A DNA stretch of 64,000 nt from the NCBI GenBank assembly GCA_951406725.2, contig OX597817.1, positions 136,524,001 to 136,588,000 of the forward strand. Direction: 5' to 3'. Position numbers and translations under genes: made by a program. The number at the start of each line of letters is the position of its first letter. The first letter of the stretch is position 1. Positions 1 through 11,699 of this stretch are shown here, in pieces. The DNA comes from Octopus vulgaris (Eukaryota). The notes beneath the pieces were generated by a model, which made no database searches, was not told where the DNA came from, and worked only from the letters and a program-made list of their open reading frames with translations.

Positions 1-125
1 CAGCTTTGTGCCAACATTAGGAGTATTGCCTCATGGAGGCAATGATAAATGACCAAGACCTTTAGCATTATGCCATGCATGAGAGGAAGATCCATCAAGC
101 CAAGAATAACTCATAATTGGTAGAA
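1..125 (+). mobile_element. RTE-LINE 3' UTR fragment (truncated by window start)
   Basis: GCCTCATGGAGGCAATG...GACCAAGACCTTT...CATCAAGCCAAG matches the tail family at 1680-1760 and 4540-4870. Confidence 0.55.
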
Positions 126-269
126 CACCGGACTAAATATGTTGAGGTTATTTGGTGAGAAACCCCGGAGATTCTGAGTTGGAATCCTGTCAAAGTGTCT
201 GTCAAATCCTGATTTCATTTCAAATTATGTGATTAAACTCCTTCCTTTAAAATTTGTGGCTGTTGGACT

Positions 270-650
270 GTAATAAAGACCAGCAAGTATTTGTTCTCCA
301 CATGTTTTGAGTTGAAACCCTGCCGAAGTCAATTTTGCCATTCGGCCCTCCAGCATCAATGAAATAAAGTACCAATTTAGTACAAGGGTCAATGTTACCA
401 ACTATCTCTCCACATCCTCAAAATTGCTGGCCTTGTCTTGAAATTAGAAACAGTTACAGGTGCATTGCATATTGACAGACTGATCTGAGTGTTGTATAAA
501 ATAGTTTGCATTATTTTTAGTCTCTCTGTCCTGAGTTCAAATCCTGCCTTCCATGCCTATGCACTTGATAAAAGCACTGGGACCAGTAGTATTGACTAAC
601 CATACCTTTCCCTCAAAATTGCTGGCCTTGTGCCTCAATTAGAGACCGTT
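270..650 (+). mobile_element. Two degenerate tandem copies of tRNA-derived SINE (family B)
   Basis: GAGTTGAAACCCTGCC and GAGTTCAAATCCTGCC B-box-like heads, and a shared CCTCAAAATTGCTGGCCTTGT tail; similar to the 11483 copy. Confidence 0.55.
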
Positions 651-830
651 GGGGTGGTGCGAATGGAGAGCAACAATTTTTTGATATGTAAAATCCAAGT
701 TTTGGTTTCAAATTCCTGTTGCAATTGCTTCAATTAATCCCTTTTGGCAAGTGTAAGGAGCACAACTATTTCTTTTCTCTTGGCTATTTTGTATATTTAC
801 ATTAATAAAAATAATGATAGTAATATATAT

Positions 831-862
<32 letters not shown>

Positions 863-874
863 GTATGTATATAG

Positions 875-1250
875 CATCATCATCATTGTTGTCATTTAAC
901 GTCCACTTTCCATGCTGGCATGGGTTGGATGGTTTGACACGGACTGGCAAGCCAGATGGCTGCACCAGGCTCCAATCTGATCTGGCAAAGTTTCTACAGC
1001 TGGATGTCCTTCCTAATGCCAACTACTCCAAGAGTGTAGTGATTGCTTTTTACGTGCCACCTGCACGAGGGCCAGTCAGGCAGTACTGGCATCGACCATG
1101 TATGAATGGTGCTTTTTATGTACCACCAGCACAAGAGCCAGTCAGCTGGCACTGCCAATGACCATGCTTGAATGATGCTTTTTACATGTCACTGGCACAG
1201 GAGCCAGTCAGGTGGCACTGCCAGCGGCTACACTTGAATGGTGCTTTTTA
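875..1250 (-). mobile_element. RTE-LINE 3' tail with internal ~65-bp tandem units
   Basis: Reverse complement of the CATGCCAGCATGGAAAG...TTAAATGA tail; TGCTTTTTA...GCCAGTCAG...GAATGG unit repeated about 3 times at 1044-1250. Confidence 0.75.
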
Positions 1251-1251
1251 C

Positions 1252-1433
1252 CTATATATATATATGTGTGTGTGTATATATGTATATATATGTGTATATA
1301 TATTTATATATATATATATATGTGTGTGTATATGTGTACATATGTATGTATATATATATGTGTATATATATTTATATGTGTGTGTGTGTATGTATACATA
1401 TGTATATATGTATATATGTGTATATATATTATG

Positions 1434-1472
<39 letters not shown>

Positions 1473-1633
1473 ATACATATGTATATATGTGTATATATAT
1501 ATTTATATATATGTGTGTGTGTGTATGTATACATATGTATATATGTGTATATATATATTTATATATATATATGTGTGTGTGTGTGTATATGTATACATAT
1601 GTATATGTTTATGTATATATATATGTATATATA
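1252..1633. repeat. Compound (TA)n/(TG)n microsatellite with higher-order units
   Basis: Direct reading; source of the spurious Y/I/C/V-rich ORFs. Confidence 0.95.
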
Positions 1634-1639
1634 GGTAGC

Positions 1640-1986
1640 AGATGCCAGTGGCATGTAAAATGTACCTTTTGAACGTTGGGCCTCTTGGAGGCAATGACGG
1701 ATGACCGAGACCGTTGGCATTATGCTGTGCTTGAGAGGAAGACCCATCAAGCCAAGTAAAATTATAATTGTGGCAGGTACTGGTGTTACACACCTGACAC
1801 GCATGCTACTGGCATGTAAAAGCACCCATTGCACTCTCAGAGTGGTTGGCATTTGGAAGGGCATCCAACTGTTGAAACCATGCCAAATTAGACTGGTGTC
1901 TGGCGCTGCCCCTCAGCTTGCCAGCCCTGGTCAAACCCTCCAACCCATGCCAGCATGAATGATGGACATTAAATGGTGATGATGAT
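1640..1986 (+). mobile_element. RTE-LINE 3' tail
   Basis: ...GTGGTTGGCATTTGGAAGGGCATCC...AACCCATGCCAGCATG...ATTAAATGGTGATGATGA; inverted relative to the 875-1250 copy. Confidence 0.75.
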
Positions 1987-1988
1987 AC

Positions 1989-2219
1989 ATATGAGTTCTT
2001 TTACAGGGTTTAGAAAAACTGAAGGACTGCTGCAATAAGTGTGTGAATCTGTTGTGTATAATCATAATTAACTGACCCTCCTGTATTTTCTTTTACCCGA
2101 AAAAAGAAAATACTGGAGGATCAGTTAGTTATGACTTTATTCAACATATTTCCTTCTCAGATTCACACATTTACTGCAGCAGTCTTTTAAGTTTTCTAAA
2201 CCCTGTAAAAGAACTCATA

Positions 2220-2220
<1 letters not shown>
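1989..2220. repeat. Fold-back palindrome, probably two opposed copies of a mariner-like transposase 3' end
   Basis: ATATGAGTTCTTTTACAGGGTTTAGAAAA... pairs with ...TTTTCTAAACCCTGTAAAAGAACTCATAT; ~105-bp arms with the centre near 2098; arm reads KLKDCCNKCVNL, resembling a mariner C-terminus. Confidence 0.85.
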
Positions 2221-2265
<45 letters not shown>

Positions 2266-2326
2266 TATATGTATATATGTGTGTGTGTGTATATATATCT
2301 ATATATATATATATATATATATATAG

Positions 2327-2560
2327 TCAATTCAAAATAACACAGAGCAAAAGAAAAAAAACAAACGCATGAGAACATAGCACAAGCAGTGTAGTTGTTT
2401 TATGTTTTGAGCATAACTCTTCTTCAGAAAGAGGAAAAACAGGGAAGTCCAAAAGGGAAGGAGGAAGAAGGATGAAAAAAATCACCAACACTCCATGTGT
2501 GGTTATATTTCTGAAGTGATCGGAAGTAGAAAGAATGAAGGGAAAGTGCTTTCTGGGGCA
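2327..2560 (-). mobile_element. Penelope-like terminal-repeat fragment inside (TA)n
   Basis: Minus strand TTTCTGAAGAAGAGTTATGCTCAAAACA, a CTGANGA...(G)AAAC motif typical of Penelope-like termini. Confidence 0.45.
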
Positions 2561-2637
2561 GGAGAGTGTGAAGATGGTTGATGTATGTGTGTGTGTGTGT
2601 GTCCACGCTGCCATACACATACATACATGCATACATC

Positions 2638-2677
<40 letters not shown>

Positions 2678-3189
2678 TATATATACATATACACACATAT
2701 ACACTTACATACAATCATACGTATGTTAAATGATATATGTACACTAAGCGATGATGATGATATGTGTGTGTCTGTGTATGTGTATGTATGTGTGCATATA
2801 TATATATATATAAAGTCTTTTTTATTTCTCTGTTTCATTATTTAAATGAGAAATTGCTACAGTGGAATATATTCATCTGTTTGTCATTACACTGAATTTT
2901 CTGCATCATATTTGTCATGCAATCCAGTATCAGTGAACGTTGGTCATGTGCTTGCTGGCTTTGATGTCATTGGTCAGTCTAGTGTCAGTTGTAGTGGTCT
3001 GTCATGAATAAGTCTGCTATGATGATTTTATCTGTTGAACTTAGTGCTATTGAGGAGGGAAGCAGTAGAGACATTTGAATAAGGTTTTTTTTCTTTCTTT
3101 TTTTTAAATTTTTTGTTGGAAGATGTTTGTTCCTGTATATTCATGTTTGTATGGATCTGAGAAAATAGCTCAATAACAATGTTTATATA

Positions 3190-3411
3190 CTGGGTGTCCA
3201 TAAATTACCTTTACAATTTTTTTAAAAATCAGGAAAAAAAGATTGATAACTCAGAGTTTATAGGAAAACATAGGCAAACAAATAAAGTTTTATTAGAAAC
3301 ATCAGAACCCTTCCATGTGGGCTGCATTGATTGCATGCAACCTGTTGAGTTATCCTATCCCCGCCATCCCCTGAATTTTTCAAATTGTAAAAGTAATTTA
3401 TGGACATCTTG
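3190..3411. mobile_element. Tc1/mariner-type MITE
   Basis: TA flanks on both sides; ~30-bp imperfect TIRs CTGGGTGTCCATAAATTACCTTTACAATTT / AAATTGTAAAAGTAATTTATGGACATCTTG. Confidence 0.8.
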
Positions 3412-3514
3412 TATTTTTTGTTTTGGCAAAGGAGACCATCCAACATTATGGCATGCAACTTCAGATTATTGACCAACTTTTAGTCATATCATTAAATGTT
3501 TATATCATACAAAG

Positions 3515-3895
3515 AAGTGGCTGTGTGGTAAGTAGCTAGCTTATCAACCACACAGTTCCGGGTCCAGTCTCACTGCATGACACTTCGGGCAAGTGTCTTC
3601 TACTATAGCCTCAGTTTGACCAAAGCCTTGTAAGTGGATTTGGTAGATGGAAACTGAAAGAAGCCTGTCATATATATATATATATATGTATATGTTTGTG
3701 TGTCTGTGTTCGTCCCCACAACATCGCTTGACAACTGATGCTGGTGTGTTTATGTCCTTGTCACCTAGCAGTTCGGCAAGAGAGACTGATAGAATAAGTA
3801 TTAGGCTTACAAAGAATAGGTCCTGGGGTCGATTTGCTCGACTAAAAGCGGTGCTGCAGCATGGCTGCAGTCAAATGACTGAAACAAAAGAATAA
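3515..3895 (+). mobile_element. tRNA-derived SINE (family A, octopus-type, internal TA/TG tract)
   Basis: A-box-like TGGCTGTGTGGTAAG head, GGGCAAGTGTCTTCTACTATAGCC core, CAGTCAAATGACTGAAAC tail; homologues at 11700 and 40902. Confidence 0.85.
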
Positions 3896-3984
3896 TTATA
3901 TATCAAGATAGCAATGTTTTATCTTTTATATATAATTTTTGTTTTTGCATGTGGAAGGTACTCAAATATCATCACCAAAAATGT

Positions 3985-5045
3985 ACAGAAAATAGATTCC
4001 ATCACATGTCAGGGGAAAAAAACTAGAAGTAGTTGATAGCTTCCATTATGTAGGTGACCAAGTCAGTAGCAGGGGTTGATGCTCTGAGAGCATAGATGCT
4101 AGAATAATAATACACAGGGCAAAGTTCAGAGAGCTCCTACCTCTGCTAGTAATAAAGGATCTCTCTCTCAGAGTGAAAAGCAGACTGTATGATGTCTGCA
4201 TGCGAAAAGCCATGCTACATGGCAGTGTAACATAGGTTGTGACTGCTGAGCACATGCATAAACTTGTAAGAAATGAAGTTAGTAGGCTCTGCTGGATGTG
4301 TAATATCAGTGTACATCCATGATAGAGTGTAAGCATCCTGAGAGAAAAGTTGGACATAAGATGCATCTGATGTGTGCAAGAGAGATGACTGTACCAATTT
4401 GGTCATGTGATCCATATGGATGAATGGGGACAGCTGTATGAAGAAGTGTTGTACTCTAACGGTGGAGGGAACCTGTAGTAGAGCAGACCCAGGAAAACAT
4501 GGAATGAGTTGGTGAAGCACGAAGTACGAATGTTGGGCCTCACAGAGGCAATGATAAGTAACTGAGACCTTTGAAGATATGCTGTGCTTGAGAAGACCTG
4601 TCAAGCCAAGTATGATCATAATCATGGCCAATGCCAGTGTTGCATAACTGGCTCATTAAAAGCACCCTTGAATCGTTGGGTGATAGATATGCAGTGCTTG
4701 TGAAGATGTGTCAAACTGAGTGAAATCGTAGTCGTGGCCATTACCAGCACTGTCTCACTGGCACCCATGCTGGTGGCATGTAAAAAAGCACTGTTTGTGC
4801 GTTGAGCCTCATGGAGATAGTGACATGTGACCAAGACCTTTGGCAATATACCATGCTTGTGTAGACCTGTCAAGCCAAGCGAGACCATCGGTGTGGCCAA
4901 TGCCACGTCTACATTCTTGGCATTAGGAAGGGCATCAAGTCATAGAAACCTTGCTAAATTAGATGGGAAGGAATCTAGTGCCCCCACCAGCTTACCAGTT
5001 TTCAGCCCAACTCATGCCAGCATGGAAAGCGGATGTTAAATTATG
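3985..5045 (+). mobile_element. 5'-truncated RTE-clade LINE (decayed RT C-terminus plus 3' UTR)
   Basis: Translates as LEVVDSFHYVGDQVSS...AKFRELLPLL...RLYDVCMRKAMLHGS with stops, followed by the CATGCCAGCATGG tail. Confidence 0.85.
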
Positions 5046-5298
5046 ATAATTTTTGTTCTTTCTTTCTTTTATTGTAATAACTTGTAACCTTGGCAAATGT
5101 ATCTGAAATGTTGCCTATTTCCAAGATTTTTTATGGAAATAATTTGTTACTTGGAATTTTTATGGAAGTAATCTGTTACTTGGGATGTTAATTCCTTGAT
5201 CAAGATTTTGAGATTTCTGCTCATAATGGGATGGAAGTTCCTTTATTGATATGGTGGTGGTGGCGTGAAACTAGTGTCAGCTGGTTAATTTTTTTCAG

Positions 5299-5348
5299 AA
5301 CCGACCATGTTCAGTTATCACAGTATCATTGTAGCTAACCACTTGAAG
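5299..5348 (+). other. Weak candidate exon (ATG at 5307, MFSYHSIIVANHLK)
   Basis: TTTTTTTCAG acceptor, ACCATG context, AAG|GTAATC donor; motif evidence only. Confidence 0.15.
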
Positions 5349-6580
5349 GTAATCAACTGTATTAGAATAAACATAACTGAAATTATAAAAATGAATTCAA
5401 TGGTTTAATGAATGTATATTTATTGTGGTAAGTATACTTAATGTAAAAATAATAATTAACATTAGACCAATTAAGTGATCTTGTCTTACAGATATCAGCA
5501 AAGCAAATGAAGAATTTCTTTTATGAATGTGTAAACATTTGTAAAATCTTTATCTGATATATTAAATTGACATTAAATTTATTTTCATACTCAATGGTTT
5601 TACACTTCAACAATGCAGTTGAGCTGAGAAATAATTTGATGATGCTGTTCCCCTGCTTGTTGGTGTCTATAAAAATATTTAGCTTCTTCGAAATGGCTGA
5701 TCTTTCTCTTCAAATGCATACATGCATGTATTGCACATGCATACACACACATAGGCATGCAAGCACATGCATGCACATACACACCCAAATACACACATGT
5801 ACAAACATTTGTGCTTACACATGCAACATATACATGTACACATACATGCATGCATACACACATGCATACAGTCATGGACGATCGCTGTAATTTGTTTAAA
5901 GAGATTTCATATCAAGAAGCCAAAGTGAATTAGGAAGAAAGCAAAAGTAAGAGAGAGAAGTGGTGGTGGTGGGGTTGGTAGTGTTAAAAATGAAAGTAGG
6001 GATTCCTGTAAGACATGCATTAGAATTTTATTAAAGAGGAATTGTCTGTTATTCAGAAATGCTTTGCTGATCAATAATTACTATGGCTGTTTGAAATATA
6101 TTTTTATCAAACTATGAAAAAAAAATTCTTTTCTTTACATGAGGAAAAATGAGTATGAAGAAAATCTGACTTCTGATAAAAAGAAAACTAAATAAAAATA
6201 AAATAAAAAAAGGAAAAATACAGGAAAAAATTGGTCAATGGAACTGAAAGATGGATTAAAAAAGTGACATAGTTTTGTTCCTAAACCTGCTGCTGTTGTT
6301 CCTTATTTGCTTTCCATTTTGTTTCTTTACCACTTACCAATATTTTGTTTTGGTTTTATCCCAACACTTTTTCTCACTTCTGTCTCCTGCTCTCTTCCCC
6401 TCATTTTAATATTTGTGACAAAATGACACCATGACTACATGTCTTGATTATTTCTCTTTTATTTAGGATGTTGATGCCTAATTTTGATGCTCCATGCCCA
6501 TATTTGGTTTCAAGGATTAACTTGATCCCAAATTTTCATTTGTGTGTGAGATTATTTTTCTATATCTCAATTTGAATAAA

Positions 6581-6581
<1 letters not shown>

Positions 6582-6656
<75 letters not shown>

Positions 6657-6725
6657 TTGTTGTTGTTTTTGTTGTTGTTGTTGTTGTTGTTGTTGTTAAT
6701 AATAATAATAATAATAATAATAATT
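6582..6725. repeat. (GTT)n followed by (AAT)n microsatellite
   Basis: Direct reading. Confidence 0.95.
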
Positions 6726-6955
6726 CCTTTATTGCTCACAAGGGGCTAAACATAAAGGGGTCAAACAAGGACAGACAAAGGGATTAAGTCAATTACATCG
6801 GCCCCAGTGCATAACTGGTACTTACTTAATCAAACCTGAAAGAATGAAAGGCAAAGTCGACCTCAATAGAATTTAAATGCAGAATGTAGCGGCAGATGAA
6901 CTACTGCTAAGCATTTTGCCTGGGCATGCTAATGATTCTGCCAGCTCGCCACCTT
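6724..6955 (-). mobile_element. tRNA-derived SINE (family B), near full length
   Basis: Reverse complement begins GGTGGCGAGCTGGCAGAATCATTAGCA; homologous to 11483-11680 and 48665-48880. Confidence 0.85.
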
Positions 6956-6972
6956 ATAATAATAATAATAGT

Positions 6973-7180
6973 AATGCCCTGATGCAGTACCAGGCAGTGG
7001 GCCCCACCTGCAAGATCATGTGCTGATTATCTTGATATGAAATCACCATGTCACACACATATGGTTGTGATGAATGTGCCTGGGGTACCCTTATTAGACA
7101 GGTAGTCATGATGGGTATACTGGGCTTCATATATTTTATCACAGTGTCACTCTGATGGCATGCACTGCTCTCTCACTCAA
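6973..7180. mobile_element. Internally deleted copy of an (AAT)n-associated repeat
   Basis: Both ends match 9826-10378 (AATGCCCTGATGCAGTACCAG and CAGTGTCACT..GATGGCATGC); about 340 bp of the interior is missing; flanked by AAT runs. Confidence 0.75.
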
Positions 7181-7659
7181 TAATAATAATAAAACTAAGG
7201 CAATCACACTCTCCTAGTTGTCTTTCTCCAATGTACAGGTGCATGTTCAAAGCAGGCCCATTCACTTGGACCATTCCCATCACTTTCAGCTACCATTCAA
7301 CAAATTTGCTGGGCAGCACCACTTACCTCTCCATCTTCGTTTTCTTGTTCAAGTTGATGAGAGCTTGGCATAAGAGAAAGCTGTTTGTCTTCACCCATTT
7401 CAGTTTTATCGAACACACAAACTTTTTTGTGTAGGCCATCACACACTTAAAATCTGCCAGTCCTTCCCAGCTGAAGGAAGAGTGTGGGATAATCTTCAGA
7501 ATGGACTCAGCTGATAGCCAGATCCACCCTACACACAAAAGTAACATAACTTCTGCACAAGTTAACAATAATGCTCAGGCATGGAATGAGTGTCTGTGGA
7601 ATGGTTCTGTTGCCCTGCAAGATGATGATGGTAATTGTTTCTAATGGGACCTTCCCATA

Positions 7660-7925
7660 AAGAAATTGAAATGAATTGAGAAATAACAGGATCTAGCCAG
7701 AGAGCTAAAGAGACTGGAAAACTAAGACAACAAATATTCCTGTGGTAAGTAGTGCACTTGGCACAACACCCCAAATGCTATCTAAAAGACTGAAAGAGAT
7801 TGGAACTGAGACTTGCACTGTCAACCAGCAGCAAAGTACCATCCTGTATTCTGGCTGAATCCTATGGAAGATTCTTGAGATTTGAGGTGATTTGTTGTCA
7901 CAAAAAATCGAATTACCATGTACTA
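7660..7925 (+). mobile_element. R4/Dong-type non-LTR element, extreme 3' fragment
   Basis: DLARELKRL... segment homologous to the C-termini at 8400-8575 and 9540-9725; followed by TGA/TAA repeats. Confidence 0.55.
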
Positions 7926-7951
7926 GCTCAATGATGTTGATGATGATGATG

Positions 7952-7993
<42 letters not shown>

Positions 7994-7994
<1 letters not shown>

Positions 7995-8575
7995 CTACTA
8001 GAAACTACCATACAAGCACCCTTAAAAAAGGATCTGACCCCTCATGCAGAATTTGCAGAAAAAAAAGAGACAATTAATTGACCATGTTGTTTCTGGCTGC
8101 CCAGTCTTGCTGAAAAGGAGTACCTCATAAGACATGACAGACTAGGACAGTACATCCACAGGAATGCTTTTAAACCCTACAAAATTAAATCCCATGATAA
8201 GTGGTACAGGCACCATCCAGAGGATGTAATAAATTGCAAGGGTGTCACCATCTTTTGGAACTTCCCAGTACAGACAGATAGAAAGATTGACTCCAATTGA
8301 CCAGACATTGTGATGAAAGACTACAACGGAGGAACTTGTCTGTTAATAGATGTTAATTAATGTCCCGCAGGATCAAAATGTCTCAAGAAACGAATACGAA
8401 AAGCTTTCTCACTATAAAGATCTGTAAATTATAATCACAAAAATGTGGAAGCTTAGTTCTATGATAATACCAGTTGTAACTGGTGCATTGGGAATGATAA
8501 AGAAGGGAGCTGAGAAGTATATTAAGCAACTCACTGGGAACTCCAATCTCCGTGAACTACAAAAGATAACCTTAG
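7994..8575 (+). mobile_element. R4/Dong-type non-LTR element fragment (zinc knuckle and restriction-like endonuclease)
   Basis: CRIC...DHVVSGC (CCHC), RHD, FWNFPVQTDRKI, PDIV...LIDV, IPVVTGALG; frameshifted; starts directly after (TAA)n. Confidence 0.85.
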
Positions 8576-8589
8576 ACTACGAGAAGCAC

Positions 8590-9790
8590 TGACCATCTAA
8601 AATGAAATAAATGTGGAGATAATTTTAGCATGCATAGCAAAACAAAAGTGCCCTTGCTACACTTGGTCTCCAGAGGATGCCCAGTACTAAGGCAGTTATA
8701 ATGAAAGGAAATAATAATAAAATGGCAAAAGAGAGAGGCAAAGAAAATGGATACCAAGACCAGAAAAATGTTGACAGCACATGGAATCTTGCACACTAAG
8801 AGTGACACTGATAGGTTGATCACTGTATTGAAACAGGGGAAAACATCTTAGGGTGGTATATAAAAAATGCTATGGAGCCACTGTTGAAACACACATAGAA
8901 GGCTGGTGTCATCAAAACTGAAAATTGTGTAACTAAAGAGAAATTTAAACAAGAAATGAACAAAAGAAAAAGAAAAAGCATGGAAGGAAAAGAAAAGGTA
9001 TGGTCAGTTTGCAAGAGATATGAATCCCAAGACAGATATAGAGGACCGGTGGATATGGATGAGGTGGAGTGACCTGCAGATGGAGACAGAAGCACTCATA
9101 TGCACAGCTTGAGAACAAGCATTAAGGATCAGTTATATGAAGTGTAGATTAGACAACACTAGCAATAGCGACAAATGCAGACTGTGTGGTGAGAGGGGTG
9201 AAACAGTAAGGGAACATCGTTAGCGAATACCTGAAATTGGCACAACTCAAATACAGAAGACGCCATGACAATGTGGCAAGAATGATCCATTAGAAGCTCG
9301 GTGGAATTATGGCCTACAAAGAGCAAAGACGTGGTGTGAACAAACTCCAGAAAGAGTTATCAAAAATGAGAACTGCAGAATCCTGTGGGATGCAATGATC
9401 TAGTGCCATCACCTGACCAGACATTGGAAACTGGACATTGTTGTGATGAATAAAAAAGAAAGAACATGTATGATAATTGACATACCATGCCCCGGTCACA
9501 ACAGGATCAATGTGAAAGAAGAAAAAAATAAAAAACACCTATGATGATTTAAAGTGGGAAATCCGAAGGTTGTGAGACGTGATACCAATAGTAATTGGTG
9601 CACTTGGAAGAATCAGCACTCAACTACAAACATGGCTGAAAAAGATCGGAGCAAGTGTGAAGGTAGAACACCTACAAAAATCAGCATTGCTTGGAACTGC
9701 AAGAATTCTTCGCAGGGTTCTTGAAACATGACCAGTAAACAAGTGTCACCTTAGTCAGCTGGCTGTGGACAGCTGAGAGTTTTCATATAA
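8590..9790 (+). mobile_element. Second, divergent R4/Dong-type fragment
   Basis: DTKTRKMLTAHGILH, KCRLCGERGETV, RRHDNVA, ILWD, DIVV...IIDI, IPIVIGALG, ALLGTARILRRVLE; ends in a TGA/TAA run. Confidence 0.85.
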
Positions 9791-9825
9791 TGATAATGAT
9801 GATGATGATAATATTAATAATAATA

Positions 9826-10378
9826 AATGTCCTGATGCAGTACCAGACAGTGGTTCTCATGGTTTCTGATCTCAACTGATTGGAAGTGTTATCACGTACA
9901 TGTTTTACCATGGTATAAAAGATAGGCTACGGCACATATTCTACTCAATACCACAAATTCACTTGTCAGTCATTTGACCGTAACCAGTTGAGCATATCCC
10001 TTAGTTGCTGATGATATGGGCATCTCAGATCAGAAGCAGATGTAGTGGGGGTACATCATAGCCTGGTGTTGAGTGGAATTCTTTAGGGTTTGAATAATTC
10101 ACTCCTGGAGACATGGGTGTTTTGTTCAACATCCTTGAACAACCCTTATTCAAAGACCTTTTAAAATGGGCTACTCAGCCTGAAGAAAATTCTAACTGGG
10201 ACCCACCTGCGAGGTCATGTGCTGTTTATCTTGATGAGATCACCACGTCATGCACATATGGTTGTGATGTATGTGCCTGGTGTACCCTTATCAGCCGGGC
10301 GGTCATGATGGGTATATTGGGCTTTGTATATTTGTACCCCAGTGTCACTTTGATGGCATGCGCTGCATATCATCTCTA
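9826..10378. mobile_element. Non-autonomous (AAT)n-associated interspersed repeat
   Basis: Longer counterpart of 6973-7180; begins right after an AAT run; no credible ORF. Confidence 0.7.
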
Positions 10379-11482
10379 TTTATGTTCTGATTTCAAATAT
10401 TTACATTGTGATTTCAAATTCCATCAAGGTTGATCTTACCTTTCATTGTTTTGGGGTTGATAAAGTAAGTACCAGTTGCAATTGACTTACCCACTTCTCC
10501 GAAATTATTGGCCTTGTGCCAAAAATTCAAAGCCATTATTATTAGTTAATCTAATATCTTTACAAAGTTAGAATCTGAAATTCTGAATCCAAATATGTGC
10601 ATGTGTGCAACTGTGTGTGTACACTCACACACACACACACACCTCATATGGTATTGTACTAAAACCATAAGAAATAATTACAGTAAAATACAATGATACA
10701 CAATATTTTTTACTGTCACTTATTGATGTTGTTGATTTTTAACACACTGCAATAAACAAAACTGCAAAATTGATTCTGATGAAATGTTTTTTATTTTATT
10801 AAAAGAACAAAAAAATTGTTTTGATATTTGTTTTGCTGTTATTTTACAGTTGATAACGAAGACTAAAACCACAATTGTGGTCCACTGTATTTGTTTCTAG
10901 GCTGTTTTGGCACACAGCTAAATATTCTTCCTATTGTTATGTTGTCTCTCCATAAGATGCTTCTGCTTCTTAAGGATCTGCCTTGTATTATATATTTATT
11001 TAAAGTTGCAAGTGCTCATTATTTTGTCAATCTTTAAGAATAGAGTACATTTGATAGACAAAAATATGTTTACCTTTTGACAACTTCTTTCAGATAAGTT
11101 CATTTAGAAGAATTACCATTTCAGATTTCAAAACTTTTTTCTATTGAATACTTTTGAATGTTGTTTATTTAAAGTAAAACAGTCAGATGATCACAACCTG
11201 CAAGTGTTAATCAAGTTTTTGACTCTCTATAAAATGTGTACATGTATATGCACAGATAGACATAGTACATATATACATATTAAAAATGCATATGCATACA
11301 CACACATACATGCATGTAATTCATAGACATGTATATATATACAGATAAACATATAACTTTAGCCATTGTTCTAGGTAGTTAATGTGTATTCAATAGTACG
11401 ATGGTTTAAAAGTTCTTTCTAGCAATGAGTGAAGACTTGTGGAAAATGTTGTTCAAGCTCAGGTGTGACTGTATGGTAAGAA

Positions 11483-11680
11483 GGTGGCAAGCTGGCAGAA
11501 ATGTTAGCACGCTGGGCGAAATGTGCAGCAGTATTTCGTCTGCCGCTACGTTCTGAGTTCAAATCCTGCTGAGGTTGACTTTGCCGTTCATCCTTTCCGG
11601 GTCGATAAGTTAAGTACCAGTTAGACACTGAGATAGATGTAATCAATTTAATCCCTTTGTCTGTCCTTGTTTGTTCTAGG
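11483..11680 (+). mobile_element. tRNA-derived SINE (family B)
   Basis: GGTGGCAAGCTGGCAGAAATGTTAGCA head and GAGTTCAAATCC B box. Confidence 0.85.
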
Positions 11681-11699
11681 TAGTTAATGTTTGTCCCAA

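Noticed and set aside
1044-1250. ~65-bp periodic repeats resembling an array (also 60700-60880)
   Set aside because: Whole units are homologous and are part of the RTE 3' UTR family
708-2845. Many overlapping ORFs rich in Y/I/C/V/H/T
   Set aside because: Translations of TA/TG/CA microsatellites; the same applies at 5.6, 17.5, 18.4, 42.5, 58.5 and 62.9 kb
3017-3160. ATGATGA...CTGA suggesting a C/D snoRNA
   Set aside because: No terminal stem, a poly-T interior and no recognisable guide
5127-5183. Short tandem duplications (also ~21865-21945, 42998-43032, 48003-48052)
   Set aside because: Ordinary slippage duplications of 2-3 copies
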